64,000 bases of DNA, taken from positions 59,272,001 to 59,336,000 of the forward strand of contig NC_045702.1 of the NCBI RefSeq assembly GCF_009834535.1. The letters run 5' to 3'. Below, piece by piece: positions 12,440-25,595 of the stretch. Every line of letters starts with the position of its first letter. Position 1 is the first letter of the stretch. Below the pieces are notes generated by a model. That model was given only the letters and a program-made list of their open reading frames with translations, was not told where the DNA came from and made no database searches. Both the position numbers and the translations under genes were made by a program. The stretch comes from Camelus ferus. Taxonomy: Eukaryota.

Positions 12440-14897
12440 TATCAGATGATGATTAGATTATATTTTTACTTTTAAAGATTATCTTGATTAAAAAGTCTCC
12501 TACGAAGATGTTCTCAGTTTTTATAAAATGTATTGAGGCCCTTAATGTGATGTTATAAACCATGGTAAAGAACATGTTTTACTGTTTTCTGATATTGTTG
12601 CATCCTAATTCCATCTAACTGTGGAGAGGCAGTTCACTTTCTAGAGTCACTCAGATTCCCTGATTTCCAACTCCAGTCTGCCTATTATTTAGCTGCATGG
12701 ACTTACTAGCAAGGACTTAGCCTTCTACTTTCCATGTTTCTCTTTCTGTAATTTACCTTTAACAAGTAGAAATAGAAAGAAGGCAACCAAGAAGTGTGTC
12801 CAAGTAACTAAAAGTCACTGTTTTTGCTGCTTCTGAAACATATATCTATATACCAGTAGGAATAGGTAGGATTATGAGATTTTTCTTTTCTGCATTACAT
12901 TTTACATAAAAATTCCAAGAAGCCAATATAGTTCCTGATTTACGATGTCAAATATAGCCACTGTCATACAGCAGGGTAGTTGCTTGGTTAGTAAGAGTTC
13001 TGAAACCTACTAATGGCTGTTAGTCTTATTTTTGTTCTGTTGTAAAAGGAATGCTGCTGTTTTTGTTTCCAATAGTATATATTCACTGTGTGTGTCCTGT
13101 GATATCATCCAGTTGTGCTGGATTTCTTCCCCTTTTCGTGTCTGTTGGATTTTTCCATTCAACAGGCTCATGATATTAGTGTTTTTGTATTGTTTTGTAC
13201 TTAATGACCTTGATTTATTTTCCCTTTGGTTTCTTACCTCTTATAAATGCTAGCAAAGAACTCTTTTATCGTTTCTAAGAATTTAGCTGATTGACATCAT
13301 CTCCTTTGTGTTTGTAAACAACTTACAAATGTAATTGGTCACCACTTCCTGTCAGAAAGGCAAACACACACAAACCTGATGGATATGGTAACTTATTATC
13401 TAAATCCTAGGTCGAGTTTTGGAGTGTTTTTTCTTGTTGTAAAAGAAGAGAAAGTGAATAATCTATATTGATTTTGTTAACAGTAGCAGACAGCTGTTGT
13501 GTAAGAAAATTTTTAAATTATTTCCATTTTAAATAGGAAACATGAAGAGGACGAGTATTATAATTTTCAGTTTCCTGGGTTTAAGGAGATAAAGGAAGCA
13601 TTTTGGTTAAATTTGGCAAAGGAAGGGGTAGAGTCAGAAGCTTGTGCTGATCTCTTGATTTAGTGTTTTACCACCAGCCCATCCTGCCCTCTACACCTCA
13701 GCAGAAGACAAAGATGATTCATAGGAATAATCTCTGGCCTTAATATTATTCATGGATTTTAGGTCAGTATTTGTATTATAAATATCTAAAAATTTTTAGG
13801 ACGTGAAGGCATTTGGGGAAATGAATAATAAATATACATCATTCCTACTGTGTATTTTTTGCATTGTGTTTACATTGGACAGTATGATAGTGTCTAAGCT
13901 AAATTATTCTTGAAAACAGTTATCTTTTTATCTTGGATGTAATGATGCAGGTAAGGCACACTAATCATACTTTACATATATACCATGTTTTGTTATAGAT
14001 TGGCCCTCACATAATTTTGTTGTGACTTTTATAAAGTCTGAATTGTGGCCAGATAAGTTGCTGGTGATATTTGGAATGGTAATTTAAATAGCTGAAATTG
14101 ATTGTAAGGCTAAATGTTTTGTGTAAATGTTTTATACAAGGCAGGTCATCAACTACAGTTGACATTCTTAAAGCATGACTGAAATTTCAGGTTGAAGAAA
14201 TAACTTAAAATTATTAAAAAAAAGTGTTTTAAAGTATTTGTATTTATACTGATACCAGTTTTTGAGATTTTTATCCACATATAAAGTTAAGAAAGTGAAG
14301 TTTAATATTCAGTAACTTATTTATTATATTTATTTTGCTTACATATAGTTAATACAGAATAATTCCCACACACCCTTAAATTTGATTAATAATTTTTGTT
14401 TTGATAAGGGCAATATATGTCAGTATGGAAAACAATCTGTTTATTCTTTATGTGTAAATAACAGTAATACAGATTAGGATTATAAAATCTCTAAAAGTTT
14501 GATAGCAGTGTCTTGTGTTCTTAGCCATATAGTTAATGATTCTTAAAATTTATGTTCAAATATTTATTATGAACAGAGTAATTGTACAGTATTTGGAAAT
14601 AACAGTAAATCCCTCACATTTCTTCCATAAATCGATTTATCAGAAAAATAAGGAATATAAAACATAAGTTTACTAATGAGAAAACAAAATTTTATTAGCA
14701 TTATGTTGATTCACACCCAGTTTCCTTATATGAATTCCTTTTAAGTACTTAAAGTAAAGCTATTTGGTAGTGTTTTAAATCGGTGTTTAGGCTTAGCTTA
14801 TTTATTAATTATGTTATTTCTTAAAAACCATCTGTTTCTTTAATTTATCGTAAAGACTGTCTATTGATGTTCTTTTTTTTTTTTTTTTTTTTAATAG

Positions 14898-14940
14898 AGC
14901 TGAACTAGAGAAACATGGTTATAAGATGGAGACCTCATAA
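14898..14940 (+). CDS. SEM1: SEM1 terminal coding exon 3 (coding part, 43 nt)
   Basis: A T20 tract (14873-14892) then aatAG acceptor. CG from exon 2 plus A gives Arg, then AELEKHGYKMETS and TAA at 14938-14940, the known SEM1 C-terminus. Intron 2 is 9212-14897 (5686 bp). Confidence 0.98.
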
Positions 14941-15100
14941 CATCCGGAAGAAGTGTTGAAGCAACTCAAACTTGAACTGTTTACTAAATTCTAAACAGAG
15001 AACCCAGGATGGGACACTTAAAAAATACATGTTTATTTCATTACCTGCTTGGATTTATTTTTGTTTTTGCAGCTCAAAAAATAAATGTTTTCATCTAATA
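14941..15100 (+). other. SEM1: SEM1 3' UTR
   Basis: Lies between the stop codon and the AATAAA and resembles the recalled human SEM1 3' UTR (gaagaagtgttgaag...cagagaacccaggatgggacact). The exact cleavage site is estimated. Confidence 0.85.
15080..15085 (+). terminator. SEM1: SEM1 polyadenylation signal AATAAA
   Basis: AATAAA about 140 nt after the stop codon, followed by GU/U-rich sequence (gtttggtt, ttgatctttt). Confidence 0.85.
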
Positions 15101-16179
15101 ATCGTTTGGTTCCGAAGTCTTGATCTTTTGCCTCTAATCATTAATTTTCTCATACTATTTATGGTTTTTCCAGAACTTCATTTTATAGAGACAGCTAAAT
15201 TTCCTATTAGTTACTTTTTTTTTTTTTTTTTTAATGTTAACTGAGACTCAGAGAGGTTAAATGGTTTGAGGCTAGAATTCATCTGATCATAAGTTCGGTA
15301 CTTTCCTTAAACCACACATTGGTCTTATATCTATAAGATACCTTTTTTAAGTTACGATTTAACCTTAATTTCATTTGTATTTCAAAGCTTAGGTATTTAC
15401 TGACATTTGTAAGGTGACCCTTCAAAACCTGTGTTTTGAAAATATTGATCATTTTAAATTGCTGTAATTAGTTCCTGAGCCATTAATACAATTAATAGTT
15501 GATAAAGTATTATTAGTTCTTAAAATCTAGAGTGGTTTGATCACAGTTCTGAGAATGTTGTCTGTCAAAACTAGGGAAGTGGGCTCAAAATACTTTGTTA
15601 ACGTGCATATTCTTAGGTACTGCATAACACGTTCATTTAGTACAAATAAGTTTCTGCACAGTGATTATTATTGCCACATCTACTTTTGTGAGTGGGGAGA
15701 TTTAATTTGATTGGTAAAGGCTTCTTTCTGATCAGACTTAGAATGGAGCCAATGTTCAGTTTTCTTTAGGAATGTTTTCAAATTTATAAGTAGAACCACT
15801 GGTACTGTTGAGTAATTTAAACTAAAATTTATGTAACATGATTAGTATTGACAGCAAAATAGGAATTGGGCATCTGAAATATAATTTAAGCTTTGCCTTG
15901 AAATGATTTTGAACATAAATAAATTTTCTCCTAAGACAAGTGAGGCACAGGCAGCCGTACTAACATAACATGTGAAGAAATAATTTGATGTATACTTTCT
16001 CAGTATTCTGATCAGTGTGTTAAAAGGGTCATCTTTAGACCCCCGCATCAGTGGATGTCTGAGTACCTGAAAATTGGTATTTTGCATCAGGTTGCTGAAG
16101 CACGTCAATGGTAGGAAGTGAGACTAGCCAGGCAGCTGAAGAAAATTATCTTTTTGGGATTTAACAGTTAATAGATATC

Positions 16180-16350
16180 TTTAACTTTTGAACTTTACAA
16201 CAACCCTATAAAGCAGGCAGGGAAGTCCTGTCTATTGTAAACATTTTATCAAATAGAAAACTGGGTCTCATAGAAAATAAGTTAGGAAATGAAAGGGTCC
16301 TAGGTTGCATAGCTAACAGTTTTCAGATACAGACTAGAACCCAGGTTTTT
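16180..16350 (-). mobile_element. MIR SINE fragment
   Basis: caacaaccctataaagcagg...agaaaactgggtctcatag...gactagaacccagg. Confidence 0.55.
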
Positions 16351-16799
16351 TTCCCTTGTTATTTTCCATAATCACTTAATTACATTTGAAATCATTTTGA
16401 ATTCAAATTGTAGATGTAATAATGGTCGGTGTTTTTCATCAAGCCTTGCTTGGATTGTTGCCATTGTCTGTCATGTTTGTCATACTATAGCTACTTAATG
16501 TTTAGAGGACTATGATAATGAGCCAACTATCTTTTGAAAGATTGTATAGTGTATTAATATTTTTATGGCATGTCATGATCTGCCCTACATATATTTTTTA
16601 AAGATATCAGTGTCTTTTCTGTCCCATATATAACCAAGTTGAAAGATGGAACATCTTCCACCCTTTGTCAGTGAGCTAACAATTTGCTCTACTCTCAATC
16701 CAGCCACACATACGACACTAAGGAATTGGACTAGTGTTCTAGCCACCTCAGTGGATCCTGTTGTACAACCTTTAAATTTTGGTTTGGGTCCAGGCTCTG

Positions 16800-18180
16800 C
16801 CCTGGGTCTGCTTCTTGCTCTATTCATACATTTTCTTTAGTAATCTCATCCAGTCTTAGTTGAAAAAATCTCTTTGTCTGAATCTTTATTCTCAGTCTTG
16901 GCCTCTCCCTGAAACCCCAAACTCCTGTACCAACTAATGACCCCATCACCTCTCTGGTGTCTAATGGACATTTTAAAGATAACTTGATGAGAATGGAAAC
17001 CTTGATTATCTTTCTCAAACCTGATCTTCTCATCTTCTGTGTCTTAGTGGGCGCCCCCACCTTTTCCCCAATTGCTGAAGCCAACGCTGTTAAAACTGTT
17101 TTTGAATTCTCTCTTCTCCCAGTATTTAACCCATTGGCAATCCCTGTCAACTTCACCTCCAAAGAATATTCCATGTAGTTGATACCACTGCTTGCCTATT
17201 CAGCACCTATTCCCCCACTTCCTCTTTTCTAACAAATAATCATCCCCCCCACCCCCGGCTCAAATATCCATCCTTCATTCATGTAGGCCATGTGACTCAA
17301 GGCAAGCCAACCTATTCACAGTTCATCTCCTATACAAATGAATGGATGAGGGATGGACAGGCTTAGTAAGTGTGCGCCAGTGAAATAATGGACTAGAGTC
17401 ATCTGGGAAAGAAGAATTCCAACTTCTGAAATAGCACATAAATTGAGCCTCTCCCTCTTCATATGAATAAGGGAGCATTTAGTCTCAATTGCTAGTGGCA
17501 GTTTTCTAACAACCATTCTAGTTTGAGGGTTAAAATGATTAGAAAGTCTGGAAGGACGTGATTATATGATGACATCATTGAACCTGCTCTAGCCCTAGGC
17601 TTCCTGTAAAATAAGCCTACAAATTCCTTTATTTAAGACAGGTTGGGTATTTGGTTACTAGCACCCAGAAACAGCTTAACTGATACATCCAGAATCTGTA
17701 CTCCCACTTAACTAGTCTCTTAGTCTAAACCACCACCACCATTCAGTAGGGTTTAACTGCAGTGATCACCTAATTGATCTCTCTGCTTCTACTTTTTATG
17801 ACCTATAGTCTTTTCTGGGAAAAAAACGGGAATCTTGTTAAAATTTAGATCATGTCATCCTTTAAATGCCATCAGGGGCTTCTTGAAGCAGCATAAAATC
17901 TAAACTGCTTATAGAGCCCAACATGATTTGGCTTCTGCCTATTGCAACTTGCATCACTTGATTTTCAGTAATGTCATATTGTGTTCACTTCTGAAGAGTA
18001 AATCAAATATAGATCACCTAAGCAGAAAGTGATTAAACTACACTCAGTTGCCTGACCGTGCTAGGGCTCTTTGTACCAGTTGTTCCCTGCTTGATTTCCT
18101 CATCCTCACAAGTCAGGCCTTCCCTGATCACTCAATCTAAAGTATCTACCCAGTCAATCCATAACAAGTTACCTTCTAAA
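16800..18180 (+). mobile_element. L2 LINE (3' ORF2 and tail) interrupted by an LTR at 17174-17687
   Basis: cacctccaaagaatattcca at 17154-17173 continues as tccagaatctg at 17688. L2 motifs include ccaaaccaccaccacc, agatcatgtcatcc and aggccttccctgatcactcaatctaaag. Confidence 0.8.
17174..17687 (+). mobile_element. Solo LTR, MaLR/ERVL class (MLT1-like)
   Basis: Begins TG and ends ...aactgataCA, flanked on both sides by tcca (17170-17173 and 17688-17691). Splits an L2. Confidence 0.75.
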
Positions 18181-18649
18181 AATTGCTCTTCAGTAATACT
18201 TGATTTTTTCATTAATGTTGTAATGCAAATGAGCAGAAAAGTGTATGTTATCAGAAGGTAATGGTGAATGATGGCCAGAATATTGTTTTGGTTTTGCTCT
18301 CTGTAGTTGCCTAGTGGGTTGATATACTGTCAAAAAGTTAATGCAGGATAAATTTCATTTTATAATAGTTACAATTTGAATTCACTTGCCAAGTGGAATC
18401 ACTATAAGTCCTTTTGTTTCACAGATGTCATAGAACTGAATTAAATTTATACTCCTACCCTCTTTGTTACCCTTTGGGTAAAATTTATTATTCAGGAAGC
18501 TTTAGAACAGTATCAGTGATGGTAACAAGGTAGAATGACATCTTAGAGTAAAGTGACTATTAGAGGTAGTCTTGCAGCTTTTTTCTGGTGAAGGTAATAT
18601 TTACGGTTACAGGGAAAACCATTATTTTGTATTCATCTTTATGCCTCCT

Positions 18650-19111
18650 TGTCTTAGTTTGGGTTCCCTCAGAAGCAAACCTAGAGATAAGGATTGAATG
18701 TGAGTAGTTTATTACAGAGTATAGGGGAGTTGGGGAGTGAGGCAAGAAATGGAGGGAAGCTAATAAAGAGTGCGTATCAAGCTAAGTTATCACTGTGGGT
18801 AATTAGACCTTAATTATTGCTAGAAACCTTGGGAGGCAGTTTACAACATAGCTCAGTTACTTGAACCAAGGGGCTAGGGGACCAGGTATATACCTATCAA
18901 CTCCAGTCAGTCATTGGTTGAGGGTTAGTCTGAAAGAGGGAAATTGTTAATTCCCCAGTAACTTATGGTTTGGCTCATGTGCCTGTAGAATAGATTTCTG
19001 GCTGCCAGAGGAAGACAGATCATAGCTACTGGCAGTCGGAAGTGGGGCTGTACTCCCTGGAAATGGTAAGTGATGAAAGGATAAGGGCAGGGCCCTGACA
19101 ACATCTATACA
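18650..19111 (-). mobile_element. Solo ERVL-class LTR
   Basis: TG...CA termini with tcct on both flanks. Starts tgtcttagtttgggttccctcagaagc and has an antisense poly(A) signal TTTATT at 18708-18713. Confidence 0.75.
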
Positions 19112-21063
19112 TCCTGAGGCTATCCTTGATGTGTCTTAAATATTTACTATAAAATAAATCTTGAAACCATTGATTAGGAAAACAGAAGGAGGATTGGCAG
19201 AATCAGCATAGACCAGGAAGTTGAGTAGAGATTTTTTTTAACAGTGAGAGATGGCTTTTTGCCCTCCTTGGTTATCAGACACAAACCCATATAATACGCC
19301 GTGTCATCTAATTGGTTGTACCTAGACAATTCAAACCTTACATCTCGCTACAAGAAGTTATTAGGATCACCAATGACTATGAGATATATTTTTAATTGTT
19401 AGTGTTTAGCAGAAAAAATTCTTAGAAATTTTTTGTTTGAAACTATGTGGCACCACTGAAGTTCGATAACTATTCAATAAATTGATCACATGAATCTTGT
19501 TTGTATTTTCAAGATTAATCCCTTACTTAAGGTAAAATGACAAGCTTTTATCTAAATTAGTATTAATAACTAAAGATGACTTTAACAAGGATGTTTGAAT
19601 TTTCAGTCCTCATACTCAAAGACTCATGGTTGACATGGAACTTATGGTCCATCTTGATAGGATGTGTCTTAATGATTTTGATGATATTTCTGAATAGAAG
19701 AATGAATAGAACACTGATTTTATTGCTTTTCTTTGCTAAGGCGTAGGTCACTATCATTAACAACAAAAATGATCATTTGCGTTTGTCTTGATATTTGTCA
19801 ATTTCCCTTTTGGTGATTAAAAAAAGGGAACATGCTAAATGACTTTGGAGACATATGTATCTTTCCTCTGAAGCAGGATTGTAGGAAAAAATTATACAGG
19901 AGAAAGATGTCTTGCTGAAGCTTATCAAAATTATAAGCAAAATTTTAAATGCTATTGATTTGTATATTGGAGAATTTTCATATTTTACAATTTAGCTCGA
20001 TGAATAAGTGTAGTAAAATGTTTTGGAAGCTAAACTTTTACTCTTTGATAAAATAGTCTTAGTCTATATATTACAGATTGTCAGTAGTATACGGGGTAAA
20101 TTAATTGCTGTTGGATTTTGTCGTTTAAATTTATTGTCTTTCAAATTAAAATTGTTGGTAGACTAACCAATTGTCTAAGTCTTTAAAGCCATGGAAAGAG
20201 AGCATATATACTTTTCCATGGGAATTTTTTTTTCTTAATTTTTCCTGTCTGAATAAAATTTTTTTTAGTGGTCTTATTTTTAGAACTACCACAAGGTACA
20301 GAAAAATATAGGGATATTCAGTCAGGAATTAGATGAGTTAATGTCAAATAGTGTTCCTAGGAGTCTGTGGAAGGTGTAAGGATAGGGGTTCACACATCCC
20401 TCTTTGTTTCAGTTGGAGTTTTTTGAACTTTATTTGTTTAAGACATTGGGATTCAATGTAAGGCTTTATTTGAAAAATTGATTCCACTGCCTTTCTTTTA
20501 AAGTTTGATAACAGTGATCTAGATTTTCTACAATATTGGCAATTTCTCCTAAATACTACCAAGTAAGTTAGGTTTTACTTTCTGTCCAGATTCAGGGTAG
20601 AGCCACTTCATACTGTGAAAATTATAAACATTTTTTCTAAGTTTGTTGAGTCTCTGTCATCTATATATTTGTGACCATGATGTTAGACTTATAGAATTGG
20701 ACAAATTCTTAAAGAGAATCTATCTCTACCACTTCATTTTACAGAGGAAGAAATAAGTCCAAAGTGGTTGTGACCTGTCCCCAAGGTCACATTTGACAGA
20801 AGCAAGAAGATTCTATTCAAAACTCCACTGCATTGAACTTTCTCTTTTAGGAGTTCTGTTTCATCAATTCTTGAATAAGAAATATTTGTTAAATATTAGG
20901 AAATAATAAATGGCATAAGGGAAAGGATAAGAACAGATTAACATTGCAGAAGAAATGTATCCATTCAGAAAGTACTTATTGAGAAGCTACTCTGCATCAG
21001 GCAATGTGTTATTTACTGAAACGAGACTTAACTTTTACATTTGAAAAATCTACATCTGCTCTA

Positions 21064-21618
21064 TGTGGTGTGTGGTGTTAATATAAGTTGAGTAGATGGC
21101 TCCTGGCTTTTAGGGTTAAAACAATTTCCGTTTTAACACCATTTTGGACATTGATTTCATCATGGCCACCTAGGATGCTTTGCCCCTTATGTTGATAACA
21201 ACACCCAAATTTCCTTATGGGTAATTAACACCACCACTTCCCCACTCCACCTTCACCCCCTACCTTCATTTTCCTGCGGTCTTCATAGGGCCAAAAATCA
21301 AGTTCACCTGTCCAGCCCTAACCAAAGGGGTGAAAGCATATGGCCAATTCTAAGTTAAACTCTTTTTCCTGGGACCTTCTATCTGAAACATAAAGATGGG
21401 GAAACTGTCAGATTTCATTCAGTCCTGACCACTGAATAGTTCCTGCTTCTTAGACCCTCTCCTCACCAGAGCATCTTGGATCCTACCTTTTTCAAACCTG
21501 GCATTTCAGCCTCATCTTTGATTCTCATAACTCATTTTCTTTCACTAAATTCTGCTAAGCTTGCATTGATTAAAGTTGGTTTCTGTCGCTTAACAACCAA
21601 TTAGCCCTAACTGGTCTA
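21064..21618 (+). mobile_element. Solo ERVL-class LTR (LTR16-like)
   Basis: TG start, ATTAAA at 21569-21574, and the end gttggtttctgtcgcttaacaaccaattagccctaactgg typical of LTR16/LTR33 termini. Confidence 0.6.
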
Positions 21619-22674
21619 TGCAATTCTTTATTGGACATGACAACACAACTGCTTAGAGAACAGGGCCTATGAAAGGTTAGGTTCTTTGCCTCAAACTCCA
21701 AAACCTGAGTCTTTGTACCAAATGACGACCTTAACCGCCCCCCCCCCATGTACCCTTAGCTCTTTGTTACATTAACAAGCTTTGTATCAGGAGACCTGTT
21801 ACACAATAAAGATAATTCCCTTCTCTCGCCTATCTTCTCACTCCCCATTTAGAAGCAACTTCCTAGGAAGCCGTACTGGGCCTCTTAGGGCTGAGAAGCA
21901 CTGTCACCCTTTTCCCAGTCTTCATTTTGATTTGTTAAAGTACCATTGCACCAGCCCTCTGCTGAGTGCTGTTGACCTTGTCTGCTGATTGCATTTAGTG
22001 ATTCCCTTCAGTGACTGATGAGAGGACTGGACAGTAATGAAAACAGAGCTGATTCATTCTATCTTAGCAGGATTAAAGCCTGAAAACAAATCTAATTTTC
22101 TTTTATTGGGAGGGGAAGTAGGAACAAAAGATTTCAATCAGGGTCTTAAAGTAACATGAAAGACTGGAGGACTTAATATGGTAAAAGGAAACTTTGTAAA
22201 GAATAGGAAACATAACTGTTAGATTTCTAATGGAAGGAGTGGCAGTGCTCTAATTTCCCTTTTAATAATAAATGCCATTCACATGCTAGGCATGGTATGT
22301 ACAGTAGCCCACAGACCCTCTAGATAAATTTATGATCTAAACTGGGAGAAAAATACATGTGGGAGACATAAAAACTGTTATGAAAAATGGAAGAGATTAG
22401 AATGGAACTTTGTCCAGTATGATTTGTATAAAATCCAGAAAATCTAGCTTCCAGGAAATACTTGGAAAGTTCTTGAGTTCTTTGAGTTGTTTTTCTGCCA
22501 GTGGTGATGAATATAAAGGGTTAACTATTAAAAGCTGTATTATAGCACAGACTGTTACATACTTGCACATATTTTTAAAATTAAGGTAACTCTCTTAATA
22601 CTTGTAGGCAAATTACAGGTACCTGTGTCTGTGGTAGGCCCTATCATAGAAGGGTGGACCTGTTGCAAGAACAC

Positions 22675-22719
22675 TCCTTCTTGTTTCACGTTTTCCTTCT
22701 TGTTTCACGTTTTCCTTCT
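22675..22719. repeat. Perfect 19-bp tandem duplication (about 2.3 copies)
   Basis: (ccttcttgtttcacgtttt)x2 followed by ccttct. Confidence 0.95.
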
Positions 22720-23905
22720 AGGAATAAATAGATGGTTCAATCTATAGATGGAGAGAGAGTCAGCAGAATTGCCCAGTAACATTGCATTACTGTAATCACA
22801 GTAACACATCAATGACTTAATCTCCAGGCCTCTGTTTTATAACTGAAAAAGATGGTTGTATCAGTCAGGGACAGGGCCACTGCCTGTCTATACACTGCCT
22901 CTATGGTAATTGAAAAATGCCACCCCTTCCTCCAGTAGAATGTAGCCCCTTGGCAAGTGGAGCACAGATTGGATTTCAGCTCCCATGGTTTCTTCTGCTG
23001 GGTTTTCTTGTACAAAGTACAACCTTCATAGCTGTGTATAGCAGCCCTGGTTTGAATTCTTGGTTTTGTGCAACAGAAAATATCTTAAGCCAAAGGAGAA
23101 TACACTGGCAGGATATTGTTGGGCTGCAGGAATCTGAGAAAGTGACAAGAGCTAGGGCATCTCTGGCATTAGGAAGTTTCAACTCATTACCAAGGTTTCA
23201 ATTCAGGAGCTGCCTGTTCCTCGGACACCGAGTGTTGCAATGGATTTGACCTCTTCCTTTGTAACACTCACTCAGGATTTGCAGTCCCAGGAGTGGGGTT
23301 TGATTGCCTGGCCCCTGGGTGTCCCAGGGAGCTAGTGGAGGAAGGAGCAGGCTCCCCTCTTCTGAAGTGGGAGGTGGCACTTCGTGCCCTCCTGCGAAGA
23401 CTGCACACCACTTGAATTATCCCCTAGGGGAGACTGGGATGCTATTAGGAAGGTGTATACGTGTAGAGATAGTTGGGTGCTGGATAACCACAAAATGATA
23501 AATGTCTGGTAAAGGGCTTAGATAATAATACCTGCTATTCTTACCTAGATAAGGTATTATCTTGTCCAAATTCTGGTTACACAACTTCTGTAAAGACAGC
23601 AACATAAAGTGTTAGAACTACAGGCACTTAGGTAACTAGTTTTCCTGACCCAGTGTTGTAGAAAATGTCCTTTACCCTATGTGTAGAAGTGATGGCAAAA
23701 ATGGATGACCCAGGAAAGAAGAATCTCAGGTGAACGTGCATAGTGAAATACTCAAAAAGCATATCATGAATTCATTATTGCTCTTGGTTCTTTATAGTCT
23801 ACCCCACACAGCATAAGATAGTTTTCTTTGAGAAAGAAGAAAAGTTTCCAAATTTCTATTATCTCTTCTGTTACAGATAGAATGCACTTTTTTAAACTTC
23901 TCTCT

Positions 23906-23965
23906 CCTTCCTTCCTTCCTTCCTTCCTTCCTTCCTTCCTTCCTTCCTCCCTCCCTCCCTCCCTC
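23906..23965. repeat. (CCTT)n/(CCCT)n polypyrimidine microsatellite
   Basis: Read directly from the sequence. Confidence 0.95.
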
Positions 23966-24798
23966 TCATCCTTCCTTCCCTACCCATAAATAGCAAAGAA
24001 GTGCTTGTTATATCAACAACATGATCTGCTGGGGTCGGGTGAGGTGCTGTGTCTCCAGGCTCTTATAAGATCCAGAGCCTTCCACACATGACCCTGGCCC
24101 CACTCCTTCCTGCTGTGAAGGACTGCTGGTGCTGGTGGCCAGGGTTATCAGAATGGAAGAGTATAACAGTGATTCTGATTTTCGGTTCTTTCCCCTGGCT
24201 CTCTGCTGATTTTCCTCTTAAATGTGATTTTTTTTCATGTCTTTGAATTTCTTCTGGGTACAAAATGTTTTTGTAGTCAAGTGTCTGTACAAATTTCTGG
24301 CCCAACACATAGTCCAGTGGAATTTGTCTTTCTTCCAATGCCACTGTCCATATTATGAAACAACAAACTTCCTGGTATTTTATACATACTTCTTTTGATT
24401 GATCAATGTTCATTTATTTAAAAAAAAATACTAATGCTGATCTAAGACCTAGCGATGTTCTAAGCCCTAGTTTATCTGTTTCACTGGTACATAAAACCTA
24501 GATGTTCTTATAGATCCCTCGTGTATCTCACAGTCTAGTGGTGGAGATAAGGAAAAACACTTATCATGTATAAATATGTCATTCCAAATTATGAGAGAAA
24601 TAACTTTAAAAAATAGGACTTAATAATAAAAATAATAAAGGTGGGACCTACTTAATGAAGGACAGCTATTAGCTTTCTCTGAGAACAGGTAAGTCATGAT
24701 CTGAAGATGGACAAGAAACCTGCTAGACAGGTGGATGGGGAGGTGGGAGTCGAGGATGGAGGAGCTAAGCTTAGTGTAGGGATGGAGTATAAGCGGTG

Positions 24799-25125
24799 TG
24801 TATTATTCAAGATGGGCTAGCCTCAAGCACTGGTAACAAGTAGCCCTCAAATCACAGTAGCTTAACACTTGTTTCTTGCTCACACGAAGTCTGTTCTCCG
24901 AGACTTCTGTAGTCTTTGGTGAGTCAGGTCCTTCACATGGACTCCCATGTCCATGATTGACTGCCATGTTCTCCACCAAAATGGGGAAAGCATGTGGTGA
25001 TTTTCTCCACCACTAATAGACCATTGACCTGATCTGAGTTGACAGCCCTACCTACGTGCAAAGAACTGAGATGCTCAGGAAGGAATAGAGAGCTGTATGT
25101 TTTTGAGCACTAGTCATGTCTACCT
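24799..25125 (-). mobile_element. MLT1-type MaLR LTR nested in antisense L2 sequence (about 24420-25200)
   Basis: gatgggctag...gtaacaagtagccctcaaatcacagtagcttaacac...tttcttgctcac is an antisense MLT1 signature. L2-like flanks include agaacattccaggcagagagagcaa. Confidence 0.6.
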
Positions 25126-25394
25126 TAGAGAATGTGGGGATTAAATGGGAACTAGAACATTCCAGGCAGAGAGAGCAAACTGGAGGAAAGTCTGGAGGTA
25201 GGATTATAGTTACTATTGCCATACCATTGGGTCATAAGAAATCATGCCATCTCTTCTAGCTCTGGAGAAGGTGCACAGTTGAAGAGTGACACCATTTATT
25301 TTTTCAATTACTAGAGTTCAGTGCAAAGTCATGTCTTTTATACAAAAAAGGGCTTCCAAATTTTGGAGTCCTAGATGGGAAACATAAGTACTAA

Positions 25395-25595
25395 TAATTA
25401 TTCATCTTATGCTATGTGTGATAAATATAGCATATGCATTTTCTCGTTTAATTCTAAGTACCATTATTCCCATTCTACAGATGGGAAAACAGACACAAAG
25501 AGACTGAGTAATTTATTTAGGGTCACACAGCTGGTAAGTGATGGAGCTCATTTTCAAGCCCAGGCAGTCTGGCTCAGGGCCTATTTAACTACTAA
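25395..25595 (-). mobile_element. MIR SINE
   Basis: attattcccattctacagatgggaaaacagac...ggtcacacagctggtaagtgatggagc...cccaggcagtctggctc. Confidence 0.85.

Noticed and set aside
22917-23605. Cluster of 60-110 aa ORFs on both strands
   Set aside because: No recognisable homology, it partly overlaps LTR-like sequence, and the lengths are within chance expectation for GC-richer DNA.
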